Positions 1 through 9,245 of a stretch of 64,000 bases of DNA are shown piece by piece; position 1 is the first letter of the stretch, and the number at the start of each line of letters is the position of its first letter. The DNA comes from Dehalococcoidia bacterium (lineage in GTDB: Bacteria; Chloroflexota; Dehalococcoidia; Lucifugimonadales; UBA2985). The notes under the pieces were generated by a model that was given only the letters and a program-made list of their open reading frames with translations, was not told where the DNA came from and ran no database searches. Location of the stretch: positions 182,611 through 246,610 of the forward strand of contig DAOUJC010000008.1 of NCBI GenBank assembly GCA_034423135.1. Direction: 5' to 3'. A program made the position numbers and the translations under genes.

Positions 1-148
1 ACCGGCGAACACGATTGTACACTACCTGAGGCTTGTTGCAAAGCCCGTAGGAGGGGCAGAACAGGCGGGTACGGACGAGCGCCAAACGGCGCAGCTGGCC
101 CACCGGGGAGGCAGTGGGTGAGGAAAGCAGTGAACTAGGAATAAAGAG

Positions 149-439
149 ATGGATCCAGAGTTCATCACGAGCGCCGACTGGGAAGAGATCGGCAACCTGC
201 TCCACTTCTACTGGTTCGTACTACTCTTTGCAATTGGGTTTGGATTCAACTTCCTGATGGCGCACGCCATCATCCCTTCTCTCATCGGCACCGGGCATCT
301 GCCTGAAGGCGTTGGCAAGTCCCGCAGGTTCTTCTACATGGGCGCGCTCGTCTCGCTTGGGTTGGTGCTCTTCTTCCTCCTGAGAATCGTGCAGGAGGCC
401 CACATCCTGAAGTCAGTATGGGAGCGCTGGTGGATTTGA
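149..439 (+). CDS. Small two-helix membrane protein, function unknown, directly upstream of the ACIII genes (possibly an ACIII accessory subunit)
   Basis: 96-aa ORF with two hydrophobic stretches (FYWFVLLFAIGFGFNFLMAHAIIPSLIG and FFYMGALVSLGLVLFFLL). Same strand as actA and 50 nt upstream of it. No recognisable motif. Confidence 0.45.
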   Translation: MDPEFITSADWEEIGNLLHFYWFVLLFAIGFGFNFLMAHAIIPSLIGTGHLPEGVGKSRRFFYMGALVSLGLVLFFLLRIVQEAHILKSVWERWWI

Positions 440-488
440 TGGCTGGTCGGGCGTCGGCCTCCATCACGGAAACCCAGACTACACGCAA

Positions 489-1160
489 ATGCTAAAGTTT
501 GTTGCACTAGGAGCGTTGCTCGGTGGCCTAGCTGCCGGAGGACTCGTAACTGTGCTCATCCTGGGATTTGTGCTCCGCGCGTGGTGGAGCACCCCCTTCG
601 AGGTACTTGGATTCGGCGGCCCGCCGGAGCAACCCATACCCTTCCCGCACCCCGTCCACACAGGCATCGGCGACCTGCTCGACTCGGACGGCAACGTCGT
701 GTACTACGCAGACGGCGAGGCGAAGACCGCTCTTGGCCTGGACTGCACGTACTGCCACCGCAACGTGGACAAGGGCGCGTCCGCTTCAGTTCCGCCAGTG
801 GAGCAGTGCATCTTCTGCCACAAGGCCGTGCAGGAAGGAGAGGACAACCCGCTTCCAGGGTTAGCCAACCTTCTGAGCGCGTGGGAGAACAAGGAGCCCG
901 TTGTATGGGAACGCGTGCACCGTCTGCCGGACAGCGTCCGGTTTGTGCACGAGGCCCACATCCGCTACTTTACGCAGCAGGGCAACCTGCTGCCGTCCGG
1001 CGAACAGGCGATGGTCGCCGCCAACGTGTGCTCAACGTGCCACGGCGACGTGGCCGCCATGGCCGAGGTGAAGCAGGTGCGGAGCCTGAAGATGGGCGAC
1101 TGCCTGGACTGCCACCGGGACTACGGCGCCCCGACGGACTGCACTACGTGCCACTACTAA
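489..1160 (+). CDS. actA: Alternative complex III subunit ActA, membrane-anchored pentaheme cytochrome c
   Basis: N-terminal TM anchor plus five CxxCH haem-binding motifs (CTYCH, CIFCH, CSTCH, CLDCH, CTTCH). Followed by the other ACIII subunits. Confidence 0.85.
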   Translation: MLKFVALGALLGGLAAGGLVTVLILGFVLRAWWSTPFEVLGFGGPPEQPIPFPHPVHTGIGDLLDSDGNVVYYADGEAKTALGLDCTYCHRNVDKGASASVPPVEQCIFCHKAVQEGEDNPLPGLANLLSAWENKEPVVWERVHRLPDSVRFVHEAHIRYFTQQGNLLPSGEQAMVAANVCSTCHGDVAAMAEVKQVRSLKMGDCLDCHRDYGAPTDCTTCHY

Positions 1161-1175
1161 GGATTGCATAGAGTC

Positions 1176-3437
1176 ATGGGAATAACCAGAAGACAGTTCC
1201 TCAAGTGGTCAGGAGTCTCGGCCGTAGGGGCCGTGGCCTTCAACGGCTGTCTCATACCGGAAGAGGAACTCCAGATTGAGAGCCCGGTCTTCCTGCCCGA
1301 GGACCTGGTCAGCGGCATCGACAACTGGTATGCCACGCTCTGCCGGCAGGACGCGGAGGGCTGCGGCATCATCATCCGTGTAGTTGAGGGCCGCGCAAAG
1401 AAGGTCGAGGGCAACCCGGACTACCCGCTCAACCAGGGCAAGCACAACGCAAGGAGCGAGGCCGGACTGCAGGCGCTGTATCACCCCGACCGGATCAGCG
1501 AGCCGCTCGCTCGCGAGGGGGACGCTCACGTCCCGATCTCGTGGGACGAGGCCCGCCGGCGCATCACCGACCGCATGAACGGCCTGTCGGACAGGAGCAG
1601 GTTCCTTCTGGTGACGCAGCCATTGCGCGGGCACCAGGCGCTGCTGGCCAGCGAGTTCGTGAAGACGTACGGCGGCAGATCGATGGCCTACGAGACACTC
1701 GAGCAGGTGACTCTCCGCCGGGCAATCCTGGAGGTGTTCGAGCAGGAGAGGATGCCGGTATTCGACATCGAGAACTGCAAGTACCTGCTGTCGTTCGGGG
1801 CAGACTTCCTGTCCACGTGGGTTTCGCCTGTGAAGTTCTCCAGAGGATACGGCGAACTGCGACAGGGTAGCTCCCACCGCGGGCTGCACGTTCAGGTAGA
1901 CCCGCGCTTCTCCATGACGGCAGCCAACGCCGACGAGTGGGTGCCGGTCAAGCCGGGCGGCGAGGGCGTGCTCGCAATGAGCATGGCATACGTGATAATG
2001 CGCGACGGCCTGGGAGACTCGGCGGCCGCGGATGCTCTCACGGGCGGCGGCGGACACGAGGCTCTGGCGGCGTTCAGCCCCGACAACCAGCAGGTTCGTG
2101 ATGCCACCGGCGTTGAGCCTGCACGCATCGAGGAACTGGCCCACGCATTCGCGGATCCCCACAACCGGCCGGTCATGGCCATCGGGGGCGGCTCAGCGGG
2201 CGCGCACACAAGCGGACTCTTCAACCTCAAGGCAATCTACTCGCTCAACCTGCTCGTGGGCAGCGTGAACACGCCGGGCGGTGTTCTCTACAACCCGGCG
2301 CCTCCTCTGCCTGAGCTCGCCACCACGGACGTGATGGCTATGGGCTCACCGGCGTCCTTCAGCCAGTGGAGGAATTTGGACCGACCGCAGGTGCTCATGA
2401 TTCGGGGCGTGAACCCCGTTCACGGCCTGCCTGCCAGCGCCAACTTCCGTGCGGCCGTGGAGGGCGCGGAGTTCGTTGTGGCCTTCTCCAGCTTCATGGA
2501 TGAGACCACGGCCATGGCCGACCTGGTTCTCCCTGAGCATACCTACCTGGAGGACTGGGGCGACGACATCCCGGACCCGGCGCCGGGCTACGAGGTAATC
2601 GGGCTGCAGCAGCCCGTGGTCAGCCCGTTCCACGACGGCACGCGAGGCTTCGGGGACGAGCTGCTCATGCTTGGCAGGGCGCTTGGCCTTGACCTGGACT
2701 CCAGACTCGGCCTCGCAGAGGTTACCGACTCGACCATGCAGGATCTGCTGCGACATGGCGCAATGCATCTCTGGGAGATGGATCGCGGCTCCGTAAGGGC
2801 ATCGTCGTTCGACGGGTTCTGGAACGGCGTGCTCCAGCGAGGCGGCTGGTGGGACACCGCTGCCATCAACAACAGCGGCGTCAGGAACATCAAGCAGCTC
2901 GACACGGCATGGCCGGACATCTCCTTCAGCGATGCGCCGGGAGGACGCGCCTTCAGCCTCATCCCGTTCGTGTCCAACTCGATCGGGGACGGGCACCTGG
3001 CCCACCTGCCGTGGCTCCAGGCAACGCCTGACCCGATTACCAGCGTCGTCTGGCACACGTGGGTCGAGATGAACACTCGAACAGCAGAAGAGATGGGGCT
3101 GAACACGGGCGATCTGGTTGTGGTCACGGCCGAGGGCAACCGCACACTGGAGGCCCCCGTCTACCCGCACCCAGGCGTCCCGCCGGACACGGTATCGATG
3201 CCTATAGGGCAGGGCCACTCGGGGTTCGGCAGGTATGCCGATAGCGTAGGTGCGAACACACTGTCGCTGCTGTCAGCGCTGACGGACGGCCAGACGGGCG
3301 CGCTGGCATGGGCGGCCACCAGGGTACGCGTGGAGAAGTCCGACCTGAGCATCGACATACCGAGATTCGAGGGCAACCAGCTCGCGGAAGAGGCCGACGA
3401 GCAGGCCATCATCAAGATAACCAAGCCGAGGCACTAG
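1176..3437 (+). CDS. actB1: ACIII subunit ActB1, molybdopterin-oxidoreductase-like domain with a Tat signal
   Basis: Twin-arginine signal (GITRRQFLKWSGVSAVGAVAF). Large complex-iron-sulfur-molybdoenzyme-like protein. The ORF opens at TTG 1164; ATG 1176 is chosen as the start. A separate FeS subunit gene follows. Confidence 0.85.
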   Translation: MGITRRQFLKWSGVSAVGAVAFNGCLIPEEELQIESPVFLPEDLVSGIDNWYATLCRQDAEGCGIIIRVVEGRAKKVEGNPDYPLNQGKHNARSEAGLQALYHPDRISEPLAREGDAHVPISWDEARRRITDRMNGLSDRSRFLLVTQPLRGHQALLASEFVKTYGGRSMAYETLEQVTLRRAILEVFEQERMPVFDIENCKYLLSFGADFLSTWVSPVKFSRGYGELRQGSSHRGLHVQVDPRFSMTAANADEWVPVKPGGEGVLAMSMAYVIMRDGLGDSAAADALTGGGGHEALAAFSPDNQQVRDATGVEPARIEELAHAFADPHNRPVMAIGGGSAGAHTSGLFNLKAIYSLNLLVGSVNTPGGVLYNPAPPLPELATTDVMAMGSPASFSQWRNLDRPQVLMIRGVNPVHGLPASANFRAAVEGAEFVVAFSSFMDETTAMADLVLPEHTYLEDWGDDIPDPAPGYEVIGLQQPVVSPFHDGTRGFGDELLMLGRALGLDLDSRLGLAEVTDSTMQDLLRHGAMHLWEMDRGSVRASSFDGFWNGVLQRGGWWDTAAINNSGVRNIKQLDTAWPDISFSDAPGGRAFSLIPFVSNSIGDGHLAHLPWLQATPDPITSVVWHTWVEMNTRTAEEMGLNTGDLVVVTAEGNRTLEAPVYPHPGVPPDTVSMPIGQGHSGFGRYADSVGANTLSLLSALTDGQTGALAWAATRVRVEKSDLSIDIPRFEGNQLAEEADEQAIIKITKPRH

Positions 3438-3468
3438 GCCGGGAGCAGAGGATCACCAGGAGAATGGT

Positions 3469-4236
3469 ATGACCACAAATCAGATTCGTCACAAGTGGGG
3501 GATGGTCGTTGACATAGACCGCTGCACCGGCTGTCAGGCGTGCGTGGTGGCCTGCCAGGCGGAGAACAACATCCCCATCAACACGGAGGACGTCTTCAGG
3601 CAGCGCCGGGCTATCCAGTGGATCCACGTGGAGCGGTACTGGGAGGGCGAGTTCCCGAACGTGAAGGCCCGCTTCATTCCGGTGTTCTGCCAGCACTGCG
3701 AGAACGCTCCCTGTGAGCCGGTGTGCCCCGTGTACGCCACCTACCACAACAACCAGGGCATGAACGTGCAGGTCTACAATCGCTGTGTGGGAACCCGCTA
3801 CTGCGCCAACAACTGCACGTACAACGTCCGCTTCTTCAACTACTGGGAGCCGGTGTGGCCGGAGAGTCTCCGCAACCAGCTGAACCCGGACGTGTCCATG
3901 CGGAGCCGGGGAATCATGGAGAAGTGCAGCTTCAACGTTCAGCGCCTGCAGAAGGCCCAGAGGACCATCGAAGGGCAGCAGGGCGGCCGCCTGACGGACG
4001 AGAACATGAAGGAAGGCAACTTCCTGCCGGCCTGCGTTCAGGCCTGCCCGACCAATGCACTCGTCTTCGGCGACTTCCTGGACCCGAACAGCCGGGTGTC
4101 GCAGCTCAAGGAGGAGCACCTGGACGGGCACGGCAGGGGATACAAGCTGCTGGAGCACGTGGGTACCGAGCCCAACGTCATCTACCTGAAGAAGGTGGAT
4201 ATCCACGCCAAGGATGTGGTCGACAGCCATGCATGA
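3469..4236 (+). CDS. actB2: ACIII subunit ActB2, 4Fe-4S cluster protein
   Basis: Ferredoxin-type Cys clusters (CTGCQACVVAC, CQHCENAPCEPVCP, CVGTRYCANNC, CVQACP). SD-like caggag lies upstream of the ATG. Confidence 0.85.
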   Translation: MTTNQIRHKWGMVVDIDRCTGCQACVVACQAENNIPINTEDVFRQRRAIQWIHVERYWEGEFPNVKARFIPVFCQHCENAPCEPVCPVYATYHNNQGMNVQVYNRCVGTRYCANNCTYNVRFFNYWEPVWPESLRNQLNPDVSMRSRGIMEKCSFNVQRLQKAQRTIEGQQGGRLTDENMKEGNFLPACVQACPTNALVFGDFLDPNSRVSQLKEEHLDGHGRGYKLLEHVGTEPNVIYLKKVDIHAKDVVDSHA

Positions 4237-5584
4237 GCTTCACCATCCGCCGCCCCCGGTCTACTGGGGAATGACGGCGCAGGAGCTGACCCAGGACGTT
4301 GTGCAGAGGCACGCGTCGCCGGGCAGGCCTTTCTGGATGATAGCCGGAGCGCTGGCCGGACTCTTCGGGCTGGGCGTAATCGGCTTCATCTTGCTTCTGA
4401 CGCAGCACGGCGTCGACGACCGCAGGGAGTGGGGCTACTACGCCACGGCGTTCGCCTATATCTTCGTTACGGCTCAGTCGGCTGTGCTGGTCTCGGTTGC
4501 CCTGCGGATGGCCAAGGCGCACTGGCGCAGGCCGCTGGCTCGCATCTCCGAGATGTTCGCCGCCGTTGGCTTGTTCAACTTCATACTGCTGATACCGCTG
4601 CTGTGGGTGCTGCCGGTGACCACCGGCCGGCGCAGCATCTGGTTCGACTGGCCGGGCCACAGCCCGCACCTGTGGGACACCATAGCGATGGGTACTCTCG
4701 TGGTGCTGGGGCTGGCCATTCTGTACTTCGCTTCCATTCCTGACAGGGCCTCGGTCAGCGACCACACCGGCGGCTCGCCATCGACCAGGTGGCGCGGCAC
4801 GGTGCAGCAGTGGAGGGTGCTCAACACGGGGCTGGCAGTGCTTGGCGGCTTCTACTTCATGCTTCTAATCGTAGTGCACATGCTGATCAGCGTTGACTTC
4901 GCCATGAGCCTCATTCCCGGATGGAAGGACTCCATCTTCCCGGCATTCCACGCGCTCAACGGCCTGCAGTCGGGCGTGGCGCTGATTCTGGTGACCATGT
5001 TCATCCTGCGCAAGACAACCGGCCTGAGAAAGTACCTGGAGGTCGACCAGTTCTGGGGCCTCAGCAAGCTCCTACTGGCGATTTCGCTGCTGTGGTTCTA
5101 CTTCTGGTGGTCCGGCTTCTTCGTCTACTGGTATGGCCGGACGCCGGCAGAGCAGGGCGTTCTCAAGTACATCATGTTCGAGACGTACTGGATACCGTTC
5201 TTCCTGGCGTTCGTGATGTGCTTTGCGCTTCCGTTCTTCATTCTGATGTGGAACATTGTGCGCAAGACCACGTGGGGGCCGGCCCTGGCGGGCGCAGTCG
5301 TGCTGGTGGGCACGTTCTTCAACGTCCTGCGATACTACGTGCCAGCCTTCTCAGTCGAGGACCTGTCGCCCCACGCGTTGGAGCACATCCCGACCGCCAA
5401 CCTCCCGAGCGCCATCGACGTGCTGGTCGTGATCGGCGCACTATCCGGCGCGGTGCTCACGTTCATGCTGGCGACGCGCGTGTTCCCCATCATGTCGATG
5501 TGGGAGCTGAGGGAAGGACAGATACTGCAGCGGGTACGCAAGCTGATGAAGATCGATATAAGGGTGCTTGCCAAGCCGGAGTAA
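4214..5584 (+). CDS. actC: ACIII NrfD/PsrC-like polytopic membrane subunit (ActC-like)
   Basis: 456-aa multi-TM protein. Its start overlaps the actB2 end by 23 nt. NrfD-like architecture in an ACIII context. Confidence 0.8.
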   Translation: MWSTAMHELHHPPPPVYWGMTAQELTQDVVQRHASPGRPFWMIAGALAGLFGLGVIGFILLLTQHGVDDRREWGYYATAFAYIFVTAQSAVLVSVALRMAKAHWRRPLARISEMFAAVGLFNFILLIPLLWVLPVTTGRRSIWFDWPGHSPHLWDTIAMGTLVVLGLAILYFASIPDRASVSDHTGGSPSTRWRGTVQQWRVLNTGLAVLGGFYFMLLIVVHMLISVDFAMSLIPGWKDSIFPAFHALNGLQSGVALILVTMFILRKTTGLRKYLEVDQFWGLSKLLLAISLLWFYFWWSGFFVYWYGRTPAEQGVLKYIMFETYWIPFFLAFVMCFALPFFILMWNIVRKTTWGPALAGAVVLVGTFFNVLRYYVPAFSVEDLSPHALEHIPTANLPSAIDVLVVIGALSGAVLTFMLATRVFPIMSMWELREGQILQRVRKLMKIDIRVLAKPE

Positions 5585-5627
5585 GCACAAGAATGACAGG
5601 CCAAAATAAAGGCCGGAGCAGAAGCGA

Positions 5628-7004
5628 ATGCAGGAAAGAGTAAAGCTAACCGACGCCCAGATAAACAGGGACCTTCTCCGCTCGATGACGGAGAACCCGC
5701 TGTGGTACTGGCTGCTGGTGGGATTCCTGGGCCTCTGTGTCTTGGTGGCCTTTGCGGCCGTGGCATACATGTTCAACCGCGGTCTGGGCGTCACGGGACT
5801 AAACCGGCCTATAATGTGGGGCTTCTTCATCACCAACTTTGTGTTTTGGATTGGTATCAGCCACGCAGGGGTGATGCTATCGGCCATCCTGCGTCTTGTG
5901 CAGGCCGAGTGGCGGCGACCCGCCACCCGCGCAGCCGAGGTGCTGACCGTATTCTCGCTCATGACGGCCATGACCATGCCGCTGATTCACGCGGGCAGGC
6001 CCTGGCGAGTCATGTACTGGGTGTTCCCATTCGACTGGGCAAGGGGCGTGTACCCCAACGTACGGTCGGCGCTGGTGTGGGACCCATCCGCGGTGTTCAC
6101 CTACCTGACCAGCAGCATCCTCTTCGTGTTTATCGCGCTGATACCGGACATAGCGGTTGCGCGGGACAGGACCACAGGGTGGAAGCACGTGATGTACTCC
6201 GTGCTGGCGCTCGGCTGGAGGGGAAGCGTAAGGCAGTGGAAGCTGCAGTTGATAGCAGGCATCCTGCTCTCGGCAGTCATCCTCCCGATCTTCGTCTCTG
6301 TGCACAGCATAGTCTCATGGGACTTCGCAGCGGCCGTGTCGGTCGAGGGCTGGCACAGCACAGTGTTTGCGCCGTACTTCGTCATCGGTGCAGTCCACTC
6401 CGGCGTCTCGGCAGTAGTGACCGTGATGATCATCCTGCGCTCGATGTTCAAGTGGCAGGACTACATCCGGCTTGAGCACCTGGACGCGCTGGCGAAGCTG
6501 CTGATTGTGGTTGCGACCACCTGGTTCTTCTTCTTCGTGCTGGAGTTCCTGTTCGGGCTGTACAGCCTGGAGGGCCCGGAGATACGGCTGAGGGAGATGC
6601 AGGTGTTCGAGATGCCGTGGGCGGCGTTCTTCATCGCCTTCCTGGTGTGCTCATACTTCATACCGGTGCCCATGTGGCTGTTCCGCTCAGTGCGGCGCAG
6701 CATCCCGCTGATGATATTCACCACCGTGCTCGTGAACGTGGGCATGTGGCTGGAGCGGTTCATCATCATCGTGCCCGGCCTGGCTCGAAAGCAGGGCCTC
6801 ACGTTCACGTGGGGCGGCTACACGCCCAGCGCGGTGGAGATCATCATCGTCTTCGCCACGTTCTGCATGGTGTCGATGCTGGTGCTCCTGTTCGCCAAGG
6901 TGTTCCCGCTGATTCCTATCGGCGACGCCAAGGAGGGAGTGGTGCTCCAGGATGAGATCAAGATTGGAAAGGTAAACGTCCCGGCTATCATGCGGGAGGA
7001 CTAA
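5628..7004 (+). CDS. actF: Second NrfD-like polytopic membrane subunit (ActF-like paralogue)
   Basis: 458-aa multi-TM protein of similar size and architecture to the preceding gene. Sits before actD/actE rather than after them. Confidence 0.7.
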   Translation: MQERVKLTDAQINRDLLRSMTENPLWYWLLVGFLGLCVLVAFAAVAYMFNRGLGVTGLNRPIMWGFFITNFVFWIGISHAGVMLSAILRLVQAEWRRPATRAAEVLTVFSLMTAMTMPLIHAGRPWRVMYWVFPFDWARGVYPNVRSALVWDPSAVFTYLTSSILFVFIALIPDIAVARDRTTGWKHVMYSVLALGWRGSVRQWKLQLIAGILLSAVILPIFVSVHSIVSWDFAAAVSVEGWHSTVFAPYFVIGAVHSGVSAVVTVMIILRSMFKWQDYIRLEHLDALAKLLIVVATTWFFFFVLEFLFGLYSLEGPEIRLREMQVFEMPWAAFFIAFLVCSYFIPVPMWLFRSVRRSIPLMIFTTVLVNVGMWLERFIIIVPGLARKQGLTFTWGGYTPSAVEIIIVFATFCMVSMLVLLFAKVFPLIPIGDAKEGVVLQDEIKIGKVNVPAIMRED

Positions 7005-7020
7005 TTCCCGGAGGTCCACA

Positions 7021-7548
7021 ATGGCCAACAAGAACGTACTAGGACTATTCGATAACGCCGATACGGCGGCAGACGCCACCGACGGTCTCATGGAGGTCGG
7101 GGTCAACCAGGAGGACTTCGACGTCCTGACCGGCAGCCCATATCCTGAGGGCGCATTCGGCGAAAAGACGCCCGTGCATCACATCTACGTGTTCCCACTC
7201 ATCGGCGCGCTCATGGGCCTGAGCGTGGCGTTCCTGCTGACCTCCGGCACACAGATAGCCTACCCGATAGTCACCGGCGGCAAGCCCATCCTCTCGTTCC
7301 CGGCCATGACCATCATCTCCTACGAAGGCACGCTTTTGGGCGCCGTCATCTTCACGATCCTTGGCATCATCTTCGAGTCCCGCCTGCCCAGGGCGAAGCT
7401 GGACCCATACGACCCGCGCATAACAGAGGGTTACATCGGTCTGCTGGTCACGTGCCCTGAGGAGCGGCTCGACGCGGTCGACCAGGCGCTCCGGCGCGGC
7501 AAGGCGGTGGACGTTATCCACGAGGGAGGACGCTCATTTCAGGCGTGA
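7021..7548 (+). CDS. actD: ACIII subunit ActD (DUF3341-like, soluble N-domain plus two TM helices)
   Basis: 175 aa, with a hydrophilic N-terminal part then two hydrophobic helices. Position between the NrfD-like and cytochrome c subunits. Confidence 0.7.
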   Translation: MANKNVLGLFDNADTAADATDGLMEVGVNQEDFDVLTGSPYPEGAFGEKTPVHHIYVFPLIGALMGLSVAFLLTSGTQIAYPIVTGGKPILSFPAMTIISYEGTLLGAVIFTILGIIFESRLPRAKLDPYDPRITEGYIGLLVTCPEERLDAVDQALRRGKAVDVIHEGGRSFQA

Positions 7549-8138
7549 TGAAGCCCATGTCTAGCGTGCTCAGACTGCGAATGACCATTGCCGTAGCGGC
7601 GCTGCTGCTGACGATTGTCGCGGCGGGGTGTCTTCCCCTTGGCCGCGGCGCGTACCCAATCGACGTCTTCGCAGAGATGCACTACACGCAGATGTACAAG
7701 TCGCAGGAGCCTCCGCGGCTGTATCCGGCGCCGGGCGCAGTGCCGTTTGTGCCGGTAGGCCACGGCGCGCTCATGGTGCCGGACGTTTCGCCTGCGATCG
7801 AAGCGGCATCGGCAGAGAAGGGCAGGGCGCTGTACGCCGTGAACTGCACGGTCTGTCACGGCGAGGCCGGCACCGGCGACGGCCCATTGAGCGCGCACCT
7901 GGCGCGGATTGCGGGCGCTCAGGCACTCGCCCCGGCTGACCTCACCGGCGCCGGAACGGTGGCGGCCACAGACGAAGACCTGTTCATATTCATAGGCGGC
8001 GGTGGACGCATCGGCAACGCGCTCCGGCTGGCCGGGCAGGATGCCACAGCTCCAACCATGCCGGTGTTCAACAAGCTGCTGACCGAAGAGGAGCGCTGGA
8101 GCCTGGTCCGCTACCTGAGACAGCTACAGGGCCAGTAG
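7545..8138 (+). CDS. actE: ACIII subunit ActE, monoheme cytochrome c lipoprotein
   Basis: ATGA overlap with actD. Signal peptide with lipobox (LLTIVAAGC). Single CTVCH haem motif. Confidence 0.75.
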   Translation: MMKPMSSVLRLRMTIAVAALLLTIVAAGCLPLGRGAYPIDVFAEMHYTQMYKSQEPPRLYPAPGAVPFVPVGHGALMVPDVSPAIEAASAEKGRALYAVNCTVCHGEAGTGDGPLSAHLARIAGAQALAPADLTGAGTVAATDEDLFIFIGGGGRIGNALRLAGQDATAPTMPVFNKLLTEEERWSLVRYLRQLQGQ

Positions 8139-8266
8139 ACGCCTCCGCTCTCACACGCAGAGCCCCAGACCGCTAGACCTGATTGAATCAAGGGTTTCGG
8201 CGTTGAGGCTATATCTAGCCCTGTAGACTTTGGGTTGGGGCATACGACGACTGAGGAGAGATCCTA

Positions 8267-9067
8267 GTGGTTCTGTCCAACATTGCCCGTGCTCTCACAG
8301 CGGAATGTCGGTTCTACTTCGATGAGGAAGCCCGGGACCAAATCTTCGGGCTGATCCGAGATGCGAAGTCCTCGCTCTACCTCGTGTCGCCCTACAACAG
8401 GCATCCCCAGCAACTGCGGATGCGCCTGACCGAAGCCATCGATAGAGGGGTGAACGTTACGATGCTCTATCGCGATGATAAGGATCAGCGTGAGGGAGTC
8501 ACGTACCTGGATGAATTGGGAGCGACTGTTCTCCCCGTTGAGTGGTTGCACTCTAAGGTCTACATGAACGAGTCTACGGCCTTGGCCTCATCCATGAATC
8601 TGCTGGATTCGTCGTTCAACAACTCCTCGGAATTCTGCATAAGAATTGACAAGGCGAGTGCAGGAAACGGTCGGCTCTACGACCAGTTGGCTCAGTATGT
8701 ACAGAGCATCCTGTCGCACGCCGAGCGGCGGAATCCCACAGCTACTCCTGAGAAGCCCGCTGCCCCGAACGCTGCCGCTCCAAAGCCCGCGCCCGCGAAT
8801 AAAACTACAAGGTCGGCCCGGCCTCCCCGAAGCGCGCCCAAGGCCGCGGCGGTCGGAGCGAAAGGCCACTGCATCCGGTGTGGCAAAAGAATTCCACTCG
8901 ACCCGGACAAGCCGCTCTGCACCGACGACTATAGAAGCTGGAATCGCTATAAGAACTTTGACCACGAAGAGAAATTCTGCCACCAATGCGGGGAGGAGCA
9001 CGAGACTAGTATGGCTAGGCCCCTCTGCCGCAGGTGCTGGCGTTCGAGGGCCGTCGCGCAGACCTAG
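8267..9067 (+). CDS. Single-HKD phospholipase-D-family (Nuc-like) nuclease fused to a Pro/Ala-rich linker and a C-terminal double CxxC zinc ribbon
   Basis: HKD motif HSKVYMNESTALASSMN fits HxK(x4)D/E(x6)(G/S)SxN. The linker is TPEKPAAPNAAAPKPAPANK. The C-terminus is CIRCG..C then CHQCG..CRRC. GTG start with a gaggagag SD. My count of the first 60 nt of the gene is 32/60 GC, lower than neighbouring genes. Confidence 0.7.
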   Translation: MVLSNIARALTAECRFYFDEEARDQIFGLIRDAKSSLYLVSPYNRHPQQLRMRLTEAIDRGVNVTMLYRDDKDQREGVTYLDELGATVLPVEWLHSKVYMNESTALASSMNLLDSSFNNSSEFCIRIDKASAGNGRLYDQLAQYVQSILSHAERRNPTATPEKPAAPNAAAPKPAPANKTTRSARPPRSAPKAAAVGAKGHCIRCGKRIPLDPDKPLCTDDYRSWNRYKNFDHEEKFCHQCGEEHETSMARPLCRRCWRSRAVAQT

Positions 9068-9245
9068 CCCCGACTGGCCCTCTTTCGAGATCACCCTGCA
9101 CAAAGCTTGTAGTTCGGCAGGTCCCAGCCGCCCCTTGGTATACCCTCGCTTTTCTGCGACAATGTGACTTGTCGGCGGGCGGCCCGCCATTAGCCCGCCT
9201 CCGGCATCCAGTCACGTTTACACAGTAGCGAGAGGTCTCAAGCGC

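Noticed and set aside
1176-3437. Possible selenocysteine (in-frame TGA) in the molybdopterin-like ActB1, given selB in the window.
   Set aside because: The ORF is continuous with no internal TGA, and ACIII ActB is not known to bind molybdopterin or to use Sec.
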